Notes under the pieces: model-generated
What the model was told of the DNA's origin: nothing
The model's input: only the letters and a program-made list of their open reading frames with translations
Databases searched by the model: none
Part shown: piece after piece, positions 17,220 through 27,408 of the stretch
Position numbering within the stretch: the stretch's first letter is position 1
Layout of the letters: the number at the start of each line of letters is the position of its first letter
Assembly (NCBI GenBank): GCA_934131695.1
Contig: CAKOZV010000001.1
Location: 10,060 to 74,059 of the forward strand
Direction: 5' to 3'
Source: an uncultured Bacilli bacterium
GTDB lineage: Bacteria > Bacillota_I > Bacilli_A > RF39 > UBA660
Length of the DNA: 64,000 bases
Translations under genes and position numbers: made by a program

Positions 17220-18686
17220 ATGGAAAATAAGTCTTTAGAACAAATAGATGAAGTAAAATATTTAGCTCAAGAAAATACTCCTCGATATAGGCTTATAATG
17301 AAATATTTATTTAATAAATATGAAGAAGCAGAGTACTGGCTATATAAAGAAGAAATATATACTGAGGTAAAAAAAACAATAACTGATTATACTGAAGAAG
17401 AATGTGATAGGGATTTAGAATTTTTACTAAATAATGGTTCTTTAACTAAACTACAAGATACCCAAAATATTAATACAATCAGTGACTTTAAGTTTCATAA
17501 CTTTCGTTATCAAATGACTGATAAAGCCGTAATAATAGAAAGAATGACTATAGAGCTAGAAGAAATAGAGGTAAAAGTAGCATCATTAGAGCCAAGATTA
17601 TTTGAAAGAATTAATAACCTAATTAAAAGACTTACTGATATTTATAATCTAGATGAGAATCAAATATATGAATTATGGATAGATATAAATAATGACTTTA
17701 AAAGCTTGAATGAACATTATCAAGACTTTTTGAAAAAATTTCATGAGGCTAAAACTGAAGAACTACTACAAAGTGAAGCATTTTTAGAATTTAAAAGTAG
17801 TGTAATAAATTATATTAATGATTTTATTAATAGTTATATAAAAAATTCTACATCAATAAAAAACTATTTAATAGAGATTGATGATAAAAAGACAAAATAT
17901 CTAATGGATAGTCTTATTTCCCATCAGAAAAAAGCACCTAAGATATCACCAGAATTTGATTATGAAAAATTAAGAAAAGTAAACTATGGAAAATGGCAAA
18001 GCCTTAAGAAATGGTTTGTTTCATCTACTACCCAGAGTGAAGGAGAACGTCTATTAGAAGCAACACAAAATATTATTCAAAAAATATACAAATATGCCAG
18101 TTCATTAATAGAATTACATGGAAATATGATTAATAGGAAAGAAGAGTATAAACATATTTGTCATTTATTTGATAATTTAGAAACAGTTGAAGATGCAAGT
18201 AAATTATCATCAGCAATATTTGGAATAACTGTAGCTAATCATTATAAAATGTCATCAATGATTAATACTGATTCCTTAATTAAAAGTTATGATGTACCAC
18301 CAATTGAAGTACCAATAAATACAACTATTAAAGAATATAAAATTAAAAGTCAAAATTCACAGATTGTTGATAAATCAATGGAAAAGGAACGTATCTTAGA
18401 AGAGATAAGACAAAATGAAAAAATTAGAAAAGAAAAGATTAGAAATTTAATAAAATCAGGTAAAATAGTTTTAGAAAAAGAGATATATTTGGATGAAATT
18501 GAAAGAAGATATGTATTAGGTCTAATTGAAAAAGCAAAAAAAGAGTCAAATAAAGAATCAGAATTTGGCTATTCATACTATATAACTAATGAAACTAAAG
18601 AAAAATGTAAGATAATCTCTAAAGATGGAATATTTGAGTTATTAGGTAGAACGATAGTGATTGAAGTGGGTGAAGATAATGAATAA
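17220..18686 (+). CDS. jetA: Wadjet JetA (TIGR02677/DUF2397-like, kleisin-like subunit)
   Basis: 488 aa. First gene of four overlapping genes whose sizes and order match the TIGR02677-02680 cassette. The N-terminus YLAQENTPRYRLIMKYLFNKY resembles the family's conserved start. Assigned by context plus recollection. Confidence 0.7.
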   Translation: MENKSLEQIDEVKYLAQENTPRYRLIMKYLFNKYEEAEYWLYKEEIYTEVKKTITDYTEEECDRDLEFLLNNGSLTKLQDTQNINTISDFKFHNFRYQMTDKAVIIERMTIELEEIEVKVASLEPRLFERINNLIKRLTDIYNLDENQIYELWIDINNDFKSLNEHYQDFLKKFHEAKTEELLQSEAFLEFKSSVINYINDFINSYIKNSTSIKNYLIEIDDKKTKYLMDSLISHQKKAPKISPEFDYEKLRKVNYGKWQSLKKWFVSSTTQSEGERLLEATQNIIQKIYKYASSLIELHGNMINRKEEYKHICHLFDNLETVEDASKLSSAIFGITVANHYKMSSMINTDSLIKSYDVPPIEVPINTTIKEYKIKSQNSQIVDKSMEKERILEEIRQNEKIRKEKIRNLIKSGKIVLEKEIYLDEIERRYVLGLIEKAKKESNKESEFGYSYYITNETKEKCKIISKDGIFELLGRTIVIEVGEDNE

Positions 18687-19869
18687 TGATATAGAAAAAG
18701 AAATGAAAGCCCTATTATATAACTTTTGGATAACAAAAGATAAAGATAAAGAACTGTATTATCAGATAAAGAATAATCAAAATAAAATGAAAGAATTTAT
18801 TTCTAAAAACTTAGGTAGTAATTTAATAATTCATGATAGATTTATAAAATTAGAAAAGATTCCAACAATAGTTAAATCTAATGCTAAACTAAATAATTTT
18901 TATTCAGTATTAGAATACGTAATCTTAACAATAATGTTATTATTTCTTGAAGATAAGACAAGAGGAGACTATTTTGTTCTATCTGATTTAATCGAATATG
19001 TAAAAAACACTTCAATAACTTTAGAATTAAACCATATACCCGATTGGAATAAAGTTCAAGATAGAAGATGCTTATCAAATGTAATATCATTATTAGAAGA
19101 ATTACAAATTATAAAGGTAAAAGACTCGTCTAAAGTATCATTCATCGAAAGTACAGAAGCAGAAACACTATATGAGTCGTTAGGAACGTCTAATTATTTG
19201 ATGAGAATGTTTGATGATAATATAAATGAATTAACAACACCAGAAGATTTTATCAAAAGTGAATTTGCTACTCAAGATGAAGAAAAAGGGGATATAAGAA
19301 GATATAAAGTATTTAGAAATATCTTATATACACCAGCAGTATCTTCTAAAGATTTATCAATACCTGAACTAGATTATATAAAGAAAAACCGCAATTATAT
19401 AAAATCAGAAATAGATAAGAACTTAAATATGGAAGTAGAAATAACCCATAATTTAGCTATATTATATGATGAAGAAAGTAATACCCAGAAAGATAACTTT
19501 CCTAATAGTAAAAAACTTACAGAAATTGTATTAATGGTAAATGAAAAATTATTACAAGAGATAAATGCTAATAAAATAGTGTTAGATAATCATGAAATAG
19601 CTACTATAAAAGAAGATTACTTTGAAAATATAATAAAAGACATAAAGAAGACAAAAGCACCATATATAGGAAAAACCTTATTAAGAGAAACAGACAAGAA
19701 ATTTTATGACATGATATTAGAATATATGGAAAAGTATAACATTATAGAAAAAAATAATGATGAGATAATAATTTATCCAACAGTAGCTAGATTAGTAGGC
19801 AAGGCAAAGGTTATAGAAAAAGATACAGCAAAGCAAACAAGTTTATTTGGAGGTAGTAATGAATTATAA
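18661..19869 (+). CDS. jetB: Wadjet JetB (TIGR02678/DUF2398-like, KITE-like subunit)
   Basis: 402 aa. The probable start is ATG 18679, which overlaps the jetA stop (ATGAATAA). Position and size fit JetB, but no catalytic motifs can confirm it. Confidence 0.65.
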   Translation: MKWVKIMNNDIEKEMKALLYNFWITKDKDKELYYQIKNNQNKMKEFISKNLGSNLIIHDRFIKLEKIPTIVKSNAKLNNFYSVLEYVILTIMLLFLEDKTRGDYFVLSDLIEYVKNTSITLELNHIPDWNKVQDRRCLSNVISLLEELQIIKVKDSSKVSFIESTEAETLYESLGTSNYLMRMFDDNINELTTPEDFIKSEFATQDEEKGDIRRYKVFRNILYTPAVSSKDLSIPELDYIKKNRNYIKSEIDKNLNMEVEITHNLAILYDEESNTQKDNFPNSKKLTEIVLMVNEKLLQEINANKIVLDNHEIATIKEDYFENIIKDIKKTKAPYIGKTLLRETDKKFYDMILEYMEKYNIIEKNNDEIIIYPTVARLVGKAKVIEKDTAKQTSLFGGSNEL

Positions 19870-22800
19870 AGTAACAAAAATAGGATTATTAAACTTTTGG
19901 TATTTTGACGATGAAGAATTTAATTTCTTTGATGGAAAACTATTATTAAGAGGTGGAAATGGTAGTGGTAAATCAGTAACTATGCAGTCATTTATCCCTT
20001 TGATATTAGATGGTAATAAAACACCATCTAGACTGGATCCGTTTGGTACTAAAGAAAAAAGAATAGAAGACTATTTATTAGGACCATCTGATGGAGAACA
20101 AAAAGATGATGCTATTGGCTATCTTTACATGGAAACATATAATGAAGAAAAAGATAAATATATAACAATCGGAATGGGACTTCACGCAAGAAAAGGAAGA
20201 TCAACTGATTTTTGGGGTTTTGCTTTAAAAGATGGAAAGAGAATAGGAAAAGACTTTGAACTTTATAAAAGTTATAGCAATAAAGTATTAATGACTAAAA
20301 AAGAATTAAAGGCAAATATTGGTGTAGATAATGCCTTTGTAGAAACAACTAAAGAATATAAAAGTTTAGTAAACGACTTATTATTTGGATTTAAAGATTT
20401 AGACTCATATGATGAATTTATAAATGTGTTACTACAATTAAGAAGTTCTAAATTATCAAAAGAATATAATCCTGTCAAACTAATGTCTATATTAAGTAGT
20501 GTTCTTCAACCACTAACAGATGATGATATAAGACCACTATCTGAAGCTATTGAAGATACTAATAAGACAAAAGAGAAGATAGATACATTAAATAATAATT
20601 TAAAAGACTTATCAAATATATCTAAGTCATATCAAAATTATAATGAGATAAATTTATATAACAAAGCTAAAATAGTAAAAGATAGCCAAGAAAGAATTGA
20701 ACTTTTAACTAAAGAATTAGAAACTAAAGAAACAAATATTAAAGGTATAAACAATAGACTAAAGGAAATAGATGAAAGTATTAATTATCTAGAACAAGAA
20801 TCAGTAGAAATAACAACAAAGTTAGCAAGTATTGATAATAAAGACTTAAAAGATTATACCGAAAAATTAAATGAGTTAAAAATAGATATTGAAAAAGTAA
20901 AAACTTCAATAGATAATATTAAACAAAAGCTAGAAAGAAATATAGATAGAGAAAGAAAATGTCAAAATGATATTGAAAAAATAGATGACAAAATATATCA
21001 AAAAGAAAAAGCAATAACAAGTATTAAAGAAGATATAGCTTTATTAAGTGAAGAGATAAAAATATCAGATATAAATATAGGTATAAAGAATAAAGAAATA
21101 AATTTTGATTACTTAGAAGATAGAATATTAAAGTATAAGAATAGGTTAAATCAGATAAAGATAAAGTTAGAAGAAAAGGAGAATCTTGAAAATTCATTAA
21201 GTAAGCTAGAAGAAGAAAACGAAATAGCTAAGAAGGAACTAGAAGAAAAAGAAGATGAAAGAAAAAATGATATCAAAAGATTAAATGAAGAAATAGATAA
21301 TTTTAAAGATGAAGTAAATAAAATAGATAAACAAAGTAAGGTAGTAAAACTTGGTGAAGATAGAAAAAGAAAGATATTTGACTTAATAAATAATTATAAT
21401 GTAGAAAACTATATAGTAGCCAAAGAAGAATATCAAACAGAAATAAGCTATTATGAAACGATGGTTATTACTGAAAAGAGTAATATTGAAAATAAAATAA
21501 CTAATGAAAAGAAAGAGTTAAATAGTTTAAAAGAAGAATTAAGAGTATTAGAAGAAACTGACGAATTAGAATATGTTGAAGAAGAACTAACTAAAGAATC
21601 AGAAATATTACTAAAAGAGGCAAACATACCATTTACTACATTATATAAAGTAATAGAATTTAAAGATAATATTAAGGAAGAAGAAAAAAATAAATTAGAA
21701 GAGTTATTGATATCTTTAAATATTTTAAATGCTAAATTAGTACCAGCTAAGTATTTTAATGATATTAAAAATATTAAGTCAGTATTTCTAAAGAAAGGTA
21801 CACCAAAGAAAAATAATATATTAACCTACTTTAATGTTATAGATAATAGTGTTATATCTAAACAGGAAATAACAGATATTTTATCTAGTATAAGTGTAGA
21901 TAAAAGTGATGAATTCTATATAAATGCAGATAACTATGAATATGACTTTTTATTAGGTTATCCATCATCAAAATATCAAAGTAAATATATTGGAATAACT
22001 AAAAGACAAGAAGAACATAAAAGACAAATTAGTTTAAAAGAAGAAGAAATATTAGAAAAAGAAAAAATATTAAATAATTATCAAAATATATTATTATCAA
22101 TAAATGATAAATTAGATGATATTAAAAAAGTAGCAACTATGTTTCCTAATAGTAAAAACTTAGAAGAGATAAATACGGCTATAACCAAAATAACAACTTC
22201 TATAGATTTAATATTTGAACGAAGTAAAAAGCTAACTGAAGAAGCTAATAAAATAAATAATGATATTAAGGTTAAAATAGAAGAAATAAATAAAATCAAA
22301 GAAAATATTAATGTTCCTTTAAACTTATCAAGTTATAAAAAGGCTTTAGCTCTAACTGATGAATTAACTAAAAACGTAATTACATTAAAAAATAATATTG
22401 AAACACAAAATTCTTATAATGAACAAAAATTAAGTAAAGAAATATCGTTAGAAAATGCAAAAGAAGAAATAGAATATCAAAATGGAGAACTATCAGATAA
22501 AACTAAGATATTAGGAGAATTATCAAGTAAAAAGAAAGCTATAGATGAAATATTAGAAAATCCTGATTATAAAAAACAAATAGAAGAGATAAAAAGATTA
22601 ACTGAAAGAGCAAAAAAGATACCTGATGAAAATAATGCATTAAGAGAAGAAAAAGGAAAATTAGAAAATAGCTTAGAAAACTTAAATGTTTTGCTAGATA
22701 CAAATAAAAGTAATTTAGAGAAAGAAAAATTAAAGCTGGATTTAAGAAATAATATCTTAGAAAAAGAATATAGTTTAAATTATGTTTATAAAGATGAAGA

Positions 22801-23911
22801 ATTAAATGCAGATAAAATTATATTAGATTTAAAAAGTAGAGAGAATAGTGACATTAAAAGAGCCTTTGAAAACTACTTTATTGCTTTCAACAATCATAAA
22901 CAAAATCTACTTGATTATAGATTGACTAGTAAAGAAATATTTGCAAGTAAGGAAGAATTAAGAGAAGAATTTTTAGAAAAAGGTTTAGAAAAAGCTGAGA
23001 TTGAAGAAATACTAGATTTAATGCCTAGACAAGATTTAGAAACAACTTATCAAGGTAAAAAGTTAAATATCTATGAATTAACAGATTGCTTAAAAGAGAC
23101 TATAAAAGAAAGTGAAAATTATATAAGTACTCAAGAAAGACATTTATTTGAAGATATTTTATTAAAAACAGTAGGTAATAAAATAAGAGATAAGATAGAA
23201 TCATCTAAAGAATGGGTAAAGAAAATAAATACAATAATGAAAGAAACTCAAATAGATAGTAATTTATCTTTTGAACTAGAATGGAGAAGTAAAACAGCTT
23301 TTACAGAAGATGAACTAGATACCAAAGAATTAGTTAGATTATTTAAAATAGATGCTGGCCAGTTGAATCCCAAGGATAGTGAAAAATTAATCACTCATTT
23401 TCGTAGTCAAATAAAGAAAGAATTAGAATTTAATGAAAAGATAAATGATAGTTATTCAAATATAATATTTAAAGTATTAGATTATAGAAATTGGTTTGAA
23501 TTTAAATTGTACTATAGAAGAAAATCTGGTGAAAAGAAAGAATTAACTAATAAAGTCTTCTCAATACTAAGTGGTGGAGAAAGAGCTAAAAGTATGTATG
23601 TTCCATTATTTGCAGCTGTTTATGCTAAACTACTAAATGCTAAAAAATTATCATTGAGATTAATAGCTCTTGATGAAGCTTTTGCAGGAGTAGACAACAG
23701 TAACATTAGAGAAATGTTTGATATTTTAGCTCAGTTAAATCTTGATTATATTTTAACGTCTCAATCATTATGGGGTGATTATGACACAGTAAGAGAACTA
23801 TCAATATGTGAACTTATAAAGGATGAAATACATAAAGCTGTAGCAGTTCGTCATTATCGTTGGAATGGGCATTCTAAAGAGATATTAGAAAAAAGTGATG
23901 TATATGAATAA
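19847..23911 (+). CDS. jetC: Wadjet JetC (TIGR02680-like SMC-family ATPase)
   Basis: About 1350 aa. The probable start is ATG 19859, with a GGAGG RBS. N-terminal head: IGLLNFWYFDDEEFNFFDGKLLLRGGNGSGKS (Walker A). The roughly 900-aa K/E/N-rich middle is coiled-coil. C-terminal head: LSGGERAKSMYVPLFAAVYA (signature) and LRLIALDEAFAGVD (Walker B). Confidence 0.85.
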   Translation: MEVVMNYKVTKIGLLNFWYFDDEEFNFFDGKLLLRGGNGSGKSVTMQSFIPLILDGNKTPSRLDPFGTKEKRIEDYLLGPSDGEQKDDAIGYLYMETYNEEKDKYITIGMGLHARKGRSTDFWGFALKDGKRIGKDFELYKSYSNKVLMTKKELKANIGVDNAFVETTKEYKSLVNDLLFGFKDLDSYDEFINVLLQLRSSKLSKEYNPVKLMSILSSVLQPLTDDDIRPLSEAIEDTNKTKEKIDTLNNNLKDLSNISKSYQNYNEINLYNKAKIVKDSQERIELLTKELETKETNIKGINNRLKEIDESINYLEQESVEITTKLASIDNKDLKDYTEKLNELKIDIEKVKTSIDNIKQKLERNIDRERKCQNDIEKIDDKIYQKEKAITSIKEDIALLSEEIKISDINIGIKNKEINFDYLEDRILKYKNRLNQIKIKLEEKENLENSLSKLEEENEIAKKELEEKEDERKNDIKRLNEEIDNFKDEVNKIDKQSKVVKLGEDRKRKIFDLINNYNVENYIVAKEEYQTEISYYETMVITEKSNIENKITNEKKELNSLKEELRVLEETDELEYVEEELTKESEILLKEANIPFTTLYKVIEFKDNIKEEEKNKLEELLISLNILNAKLVPAKYFNDIKNIKSVFLKKGTPKKNNILTYFNVIDNSVISKQEITDILSSISVDKSDEFYINADNYEYDFLLGYPSSKYQSKYIGITKRQEEHKRQISLKEEEILEKEKILNNYQNILLSINDKLDDIKKVATMFPNSKNLEEINTAITKITTSIDLIFERSKKLTEEANKINNDIKVKIEEINKIKENINVPLNLSSYKKALALTDELTKNVITLKNNIETQNSYNEQKLSKEISLENAKEEIEYQNGELSDKTKILGELSSKKKAIDEILENPDYKKQIEEIKRLTERAKKIPDENNALREEKGKLENSLENLNVLLDTNKSNLEKEKLKLDLRNNILEKEYSLNYVYKDEELNADKIILDLKSRENSDIKRAFENYFIAFNNHKQNLLDYRLTSKEIFASKEELREEFLEKGLEKAEIEEILDLMPRQDLETTYQGKKLNIYELTDCLKETIKESENYISTQERHLFEDILLKTVGNKIRDKIESSKEWVKKINTIMKETQIDSNLSFELEWRSKTAFTEDELDTKELVRLFKIDAGQLNPKDSEKLITHFRSQIKKELEFNEKINDSYSNIIFKVLDYRNWFEFKLYYRRKSGEKKELTNKVFSILSGGERAKSMYVPLFAAVYAKLLNAKKLSLRLIALDEAFAGVDNSNIREMFDILAQLNLDYILTSQSLWGDYDTVRELSICELIKDEIHKAVAVRHYRWNGHSKEILEKSDVYE

Positions 23912-25148
23912 TGTAAATAAAGAATTAGCAAACTATTTAAAGTCAAAAAAAGGCTTAACAAGATTAATGAACAAATTAAAAGAAAAATATATATCGCTTT
24001 CTAGACCTAGTGGTACTGTTGTACTTAATAATCTAACAGAAATAGAAAGTATAGATATAAGTAATTTACTAGGTAAAAGAATTAATAAGGAAAAATTAAA
24101 AACTTCTTTTAAGGAAATAACTAAGAAAATAAATGAAGGAAAATACAGTGATTTCACTTGGAGAGAATTACTAAACTACTACTTTAATGAGAATATAGTA
24201 ACTAAGGAAGAAGAAAAGTTCAATAAAAAGCAGGAAGAAGTAGAATTTTATAAAAAGTTATTTGAAGAAAATAATAATAAAAAGTATATAAAAACTATAA
24301 AGGATATAATTATAAATGATGAAATAATTAGTAAAATAATTAAACAAAAATATCATAAGAATAAGATTACTCTACAAGAAGAACTTAACAATATACTATT
24401 GTTATTAGATAATATTCCGGAATATCCTACCTCTTTAGCAGTTTATGCATCATTAACAGGTAATCCACATTATTTAGATTTAAATAAAACCACAAGTACT
24501 TTATTTCTTAAGATATTATCAAAGATAAAGAATATAGAATATAAGGAAAAGTTAGAATCAAAAATAAATATACTATCAGAGATAAATGTTTATATTGATC
24601 CTATATCTAATTTTGTAATAACTTACAAGTTAACAGGAAATTCCATATTAAATGAACTAGCTAAAAATAATGAAGTAGTTAACTTAAATTTATTAAATAT
24701 AAATAAACTAAGTAAAGTAGATACAAATAATAAAATAGTATATGTCTTTGAAAATCCATCTTTACTAACCTCATTAATTGATTTAAATGTTCCAATAGTA
24801 ATTACATCTGGAATTCCCAATATATCCTTATATACATTATTAAAAAAATTAGAGGAAAGTAATACTAAAATATATTATAATGGTGATTTTGATCCAGAAG
24901 GATTATTAATAGCAGAAAAGTTAAAACAAAGATTTCCTAATATAGAATTATTTTGCTATAGTGATATAGATTATAATAACGCTAAATCAAAAGAAAAAAT
25001 CTCTAATAGCAGGTTGAAAAAATTAGATAATATTAATTCAAAGGAATTACAAGAAATAAAAAATATAATACTAGAAAATAAAGTATCAGCATATCAAGAA
25101 CAAAATCTAGATAGAATTAGAAAATATATTGAAAAATCTAAACTTTAA
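23895..25148 (+). CDS. jetD: Wadjet JetD (TIGR02679/DUF2399-like, Toprim nuclease subunit)
   Basis: About 415 aa. Overlaps the jetC end. The C-terminal region VYVFENPSLLTSLID...VITSGIPNISLYTLLKKL...IYYNGDFDPEGLLIAEKLK matches the Toprim-like DUF2399 pattern (conserved E, and DxD in GDFD). Confidence 0.8.
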   Translation: MMYMNNVNKELANYLKSKKGLTRLMNKLKEKYISLSRPSGTVVLNNLTEIESIDISNLLGKRINKEKLKTSFKEITKKINEGKYSDFTWRELLNYYFNENIVTKEEEKFNKKQEEVEFYKKLFEENNNKKYIKTIKDIIINDEIISKIIKQKYHKNKITLQEELNNILLLLDNIPEYPTSLAVYASLTGNPHYLDLNKTTSTLFLKILSKIKNIEYKEKLESKINILSEINVYIDPISNFVITYKLTGNSILNELAKNNEVVNLNLLNINKLSKVDTNNKIVYVFENPSLLTSLIDLNVPIVITSGIPNISLYTLLKKLEESNTKIYYNGDFDPEGLLIAEKLKQRFPNIELFCYSDIDYNNAKSKEKISNSRLKKLDNINSKELQEIKNIILENKVSAYQEQNLDRIRKYIEKSKL

Positions 25149-25666
25149 TGATGGAGGTAATTATGGACTATATTATAAGAAAAATGAATAAAAATGATTG
25201 CTTTTCTGTAGCAAAAATAGTAACAACTGCATGGAATGAAACTTATAGAGGTATAGTAAATGATGAATTTTTAGATAATCTTTATTTAAATGAACAAGAA
25301 AGAGCAAATAATTTCTATAAAGAATTTGATAAGAATATTAATCATCAATATGTTCTTGAAATAAATAATGAGATAGTAGGGTTTATTAATGTAGATGTAT
25401 CTGATGATGCTGAATATAATGATTGTGGAGAGTTGTATGCTTTATATTTGATAAATGATTATAAGGGACAGGGTTATGGTAGAAAGCTATTTGCTATGGC
25501 AATTAAAGAATTAAAAAATATGGGATTTACAAAAATGATAGTAGGTTGTTTAGTAGCTAATCCTACAAATGAATTTTATAGACATATGGGTGGAAAATTA
25601 ATAAAACAAAGAGTATTTGAAAAACTAAAACTACCTGAAAATGTATATTTGTTTGAAGAAATATAA
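25148..25666 (+). CDS. GNAT family N-acetyltransferase appended to the jet operon
   Basis: Motif A LYLINDYKGQGYGRKLFAMAIKELK. ATG 25148 overlaps the jetD stop (TAATG). The better start is ATG 25163, 6 nt after GGAGG. No terminator lies between jetD and this gene. Confidence 0.8.
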   Translation: MMEVIMDYIIRKMNKNDCFSVAKIVTTAWNETYRGIVNDEFLDNLYLNEQERANNFYKEFDKNINHQYVLEINNEIVGFINVDVSDDAEYNDCGELYALYLINDYKGQGYGRKLFAMAIKELKNMGFTKMIVGCLVANPTNEFYRHMGGKLIKQRVFEKLKLPENVYLFEEI

Positions 25667-25676
25667 TTATAAAAAT

Positions 25677-25708
25677 GATACATAGCTTATAAAATATGTA
25701 TCGTTTTT
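25677..25708 (+). terminator. Terminator closing the jet-GNAT transcription unit
   Basis: Stem gatacata/tatgtatc (25677-25684 / 25695-25702) followed by GTTTTT. Confidence 0.7.
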
Positions 25709-25857
25709 GCTTTTTTTCTAAGATAAAATAAAAAAATAACTTGTGATAAAAAAGAAAATATTATATAATTATTATGCCATTTATACATATAAATGGTTCT
25801 TTTAAAGTATATTAGTGTATTGAGTTATTTTTTATATATATAGATTGGGGGAATAAA

Positions 25858-26388
25858 ATGGAACAAGAAATTTTAGAAAATTTAAGATTAGATATAGAAG
25901 ATGTAAAAGAAATAATTAGATCAAACTTTGAGGAAATGCAAGAATTAGAAAAAAATCCTAAAGTTAAAAGATATATTCATTTATTGCATTTAAAAGAAGA
26001 GTTAGAAAATGGTTTGAACTTAAAGAGTGATAAAGAAATTGCAATTCATGAACTTGGAAAATATACGCAAGGTGTTATACAAGAAACTAATGATATTTGG
26101 TTTTTAATTGGTAAATATACTTTAGAAGAATATTTAGATACTTTTGGTACTACTCCTAGTGTAAAAAATAATTTCTTATTATATGTCAATTTAGAAAATG
26201 AAAAAATGCATAACTGTATTACACCAGAAAAACAATTAGACTTTGAAAATGAACATACTGTTATTAAGACTAATAAAAAGAATGATTGGCAGGGATATTA
26301 TAAAATGAGAAATAAATTCTTTGTTGATTGTGTAAAAGAAGGAGAAACTACGGCATACCAAAAAGTATTAACAAAAACTAATGGCTAG
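25858..26388 (+). CDS. Hypothetical protein (176 aa)
   Basis: Good RBS (GGGGGAA). A TTGTGA-17-TATAAT promoter-like sequence lies about 90 nt upstream, and a hairpin with T-run follows at 26392-26411. No recognisable domain. Confidence 0.5.
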   Translation: MEQEILENLRLDIEDVKEIIRSNFEEMQELEKNPKVKRYIHLLHLKEELENGLNLKSDKEIAIHELGKYTQGVIQETNDIWFLIGKYTLEEYLDTFGTTPSVKNNFLLYVNLENEKMHNCITPEKQLDFENEHTVIKTNKKNDWQGYYKMRNKFFVDCVKEGETTAYQKVLTKTNG

Positions 26389-26478
26389 TGCAAATGACTA
26401 GTCATTTTTTTGATAAATTAATTAATTATTAGCTAAATATGTGCTATAGTATTTTTAGTAATATTTTGGAGGTTTAAA

Positions 26479-27408
26479 GTGCTAAAAGAAGTAGAAGAAA
26501 AATTAAAGAATATGGGATATGATGTTAAGTTATCTAAAGACAATATGTTAATAGTAACATTACTTAGTGAAACTACTGATAAAAAACAAATAGAAAGAAT
26601 CTTAGAATTAATGTCAGTTAGTACTATACAGGAAGGAAAATTTACTAAAGAAGAGTTAAAAGACTTAATAACCAATAGATACTCTAAAGGTTTAAGAAAA
26701 CTATTATGCTATTCATTTTTATCAAAAGAAGAGATTTTAGATTATTCCTTTATCTTGTCAAGAACAAATGATGATGTATTACTTAATTGTATGAGAGATG
26801 TTATGTGTAGCTCTAGTATTCATAAAAATAATGAGGTAGAAGAGTCACTAATAATACTAAAAAAGTCAAAAGAAAGTTATCAAAGAATAGCAGAACGAAA
26901 TATCTTATTAAATAGTGAGGCGATAAAAGAAGATATATCATTAGAACTAGCTAGTAAAGTTTTAAATAGTAGGGAAGAGTATCAAGCTAGAGGGATAAGT
27001 GAATTATTATATGATCAAGAAGAATTAAATAAAGAACAATTATTAACGGCAGCTGATTCTATTAATAGTTCTAAAAGTGAAAGACAAGTAAAGTTTATTG
27101 AAAAACTTGCTAAAGATGAATATTATAAAAGTACAGGACTATTACTACCTGCTCTAAGAATAATTGATGAAGTACAAGAAGACTTTCAGCTAGACTATTT
27201 AAAAAGAACAGTAGGAATTTGTAAAGAACCGATTATATTATTACCTTCTCTAAAACTTTATACACAAACAGAGACTAGAGAAGAATGTGATTTATTACAA
27301 AAAAGATTATCATCATTAAAGAAAGAAGATATAATAGCATCTCTTGGTAGTGATTTATCATTAGTATCAGCTACTGAGAAAGCTAAAGTAAAAGAAAAAA
27401 CAATCTAA
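26479..27408 (+). CDS. Hypothetical helical protein (309 aa)
   Basis: GTG start 6 nt after GGAGG. Predominantly helical, acidic composition. No recognisable domain. Confidence 0.5.
   Translation: MLKEVEEKLKNMGYDVKLSKDNMLIVTLLSETTDKKQIERILELMSVSTIQEGKFTKEELKDLITNRYSKGLRKLLCYSFLSKEEILDYSFILSRTNDDVLLNCMRDVMCSSSIHKNNEVEESLIILKKSKESYQRIAERNILLNSEAIKEDISLELASKVLNSREEYQARGISELLYDQEELNKEQLLTAADSINSSKSERQVKFIEKLAKDEYYKSTGLLLPALRIIDEVQEDFQLDYLKRTVGICKEPIILLPSLKLYTQTETREECDLLQKRLSSLKKEDIIASLGSDLSLVSATEKAKVKEKTI

Noticed and set aside
20500-23200. Highly repetitive-looking K/E/N/I-rich stretch of jetC, considered as a tandem repeat or low-complexity insertion.
   Set aside because: It has no nucleotide-level periodic repeat. 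The composition is what an SMC-type antiparallel coiled coil looks like in a genome of about 28% GC.
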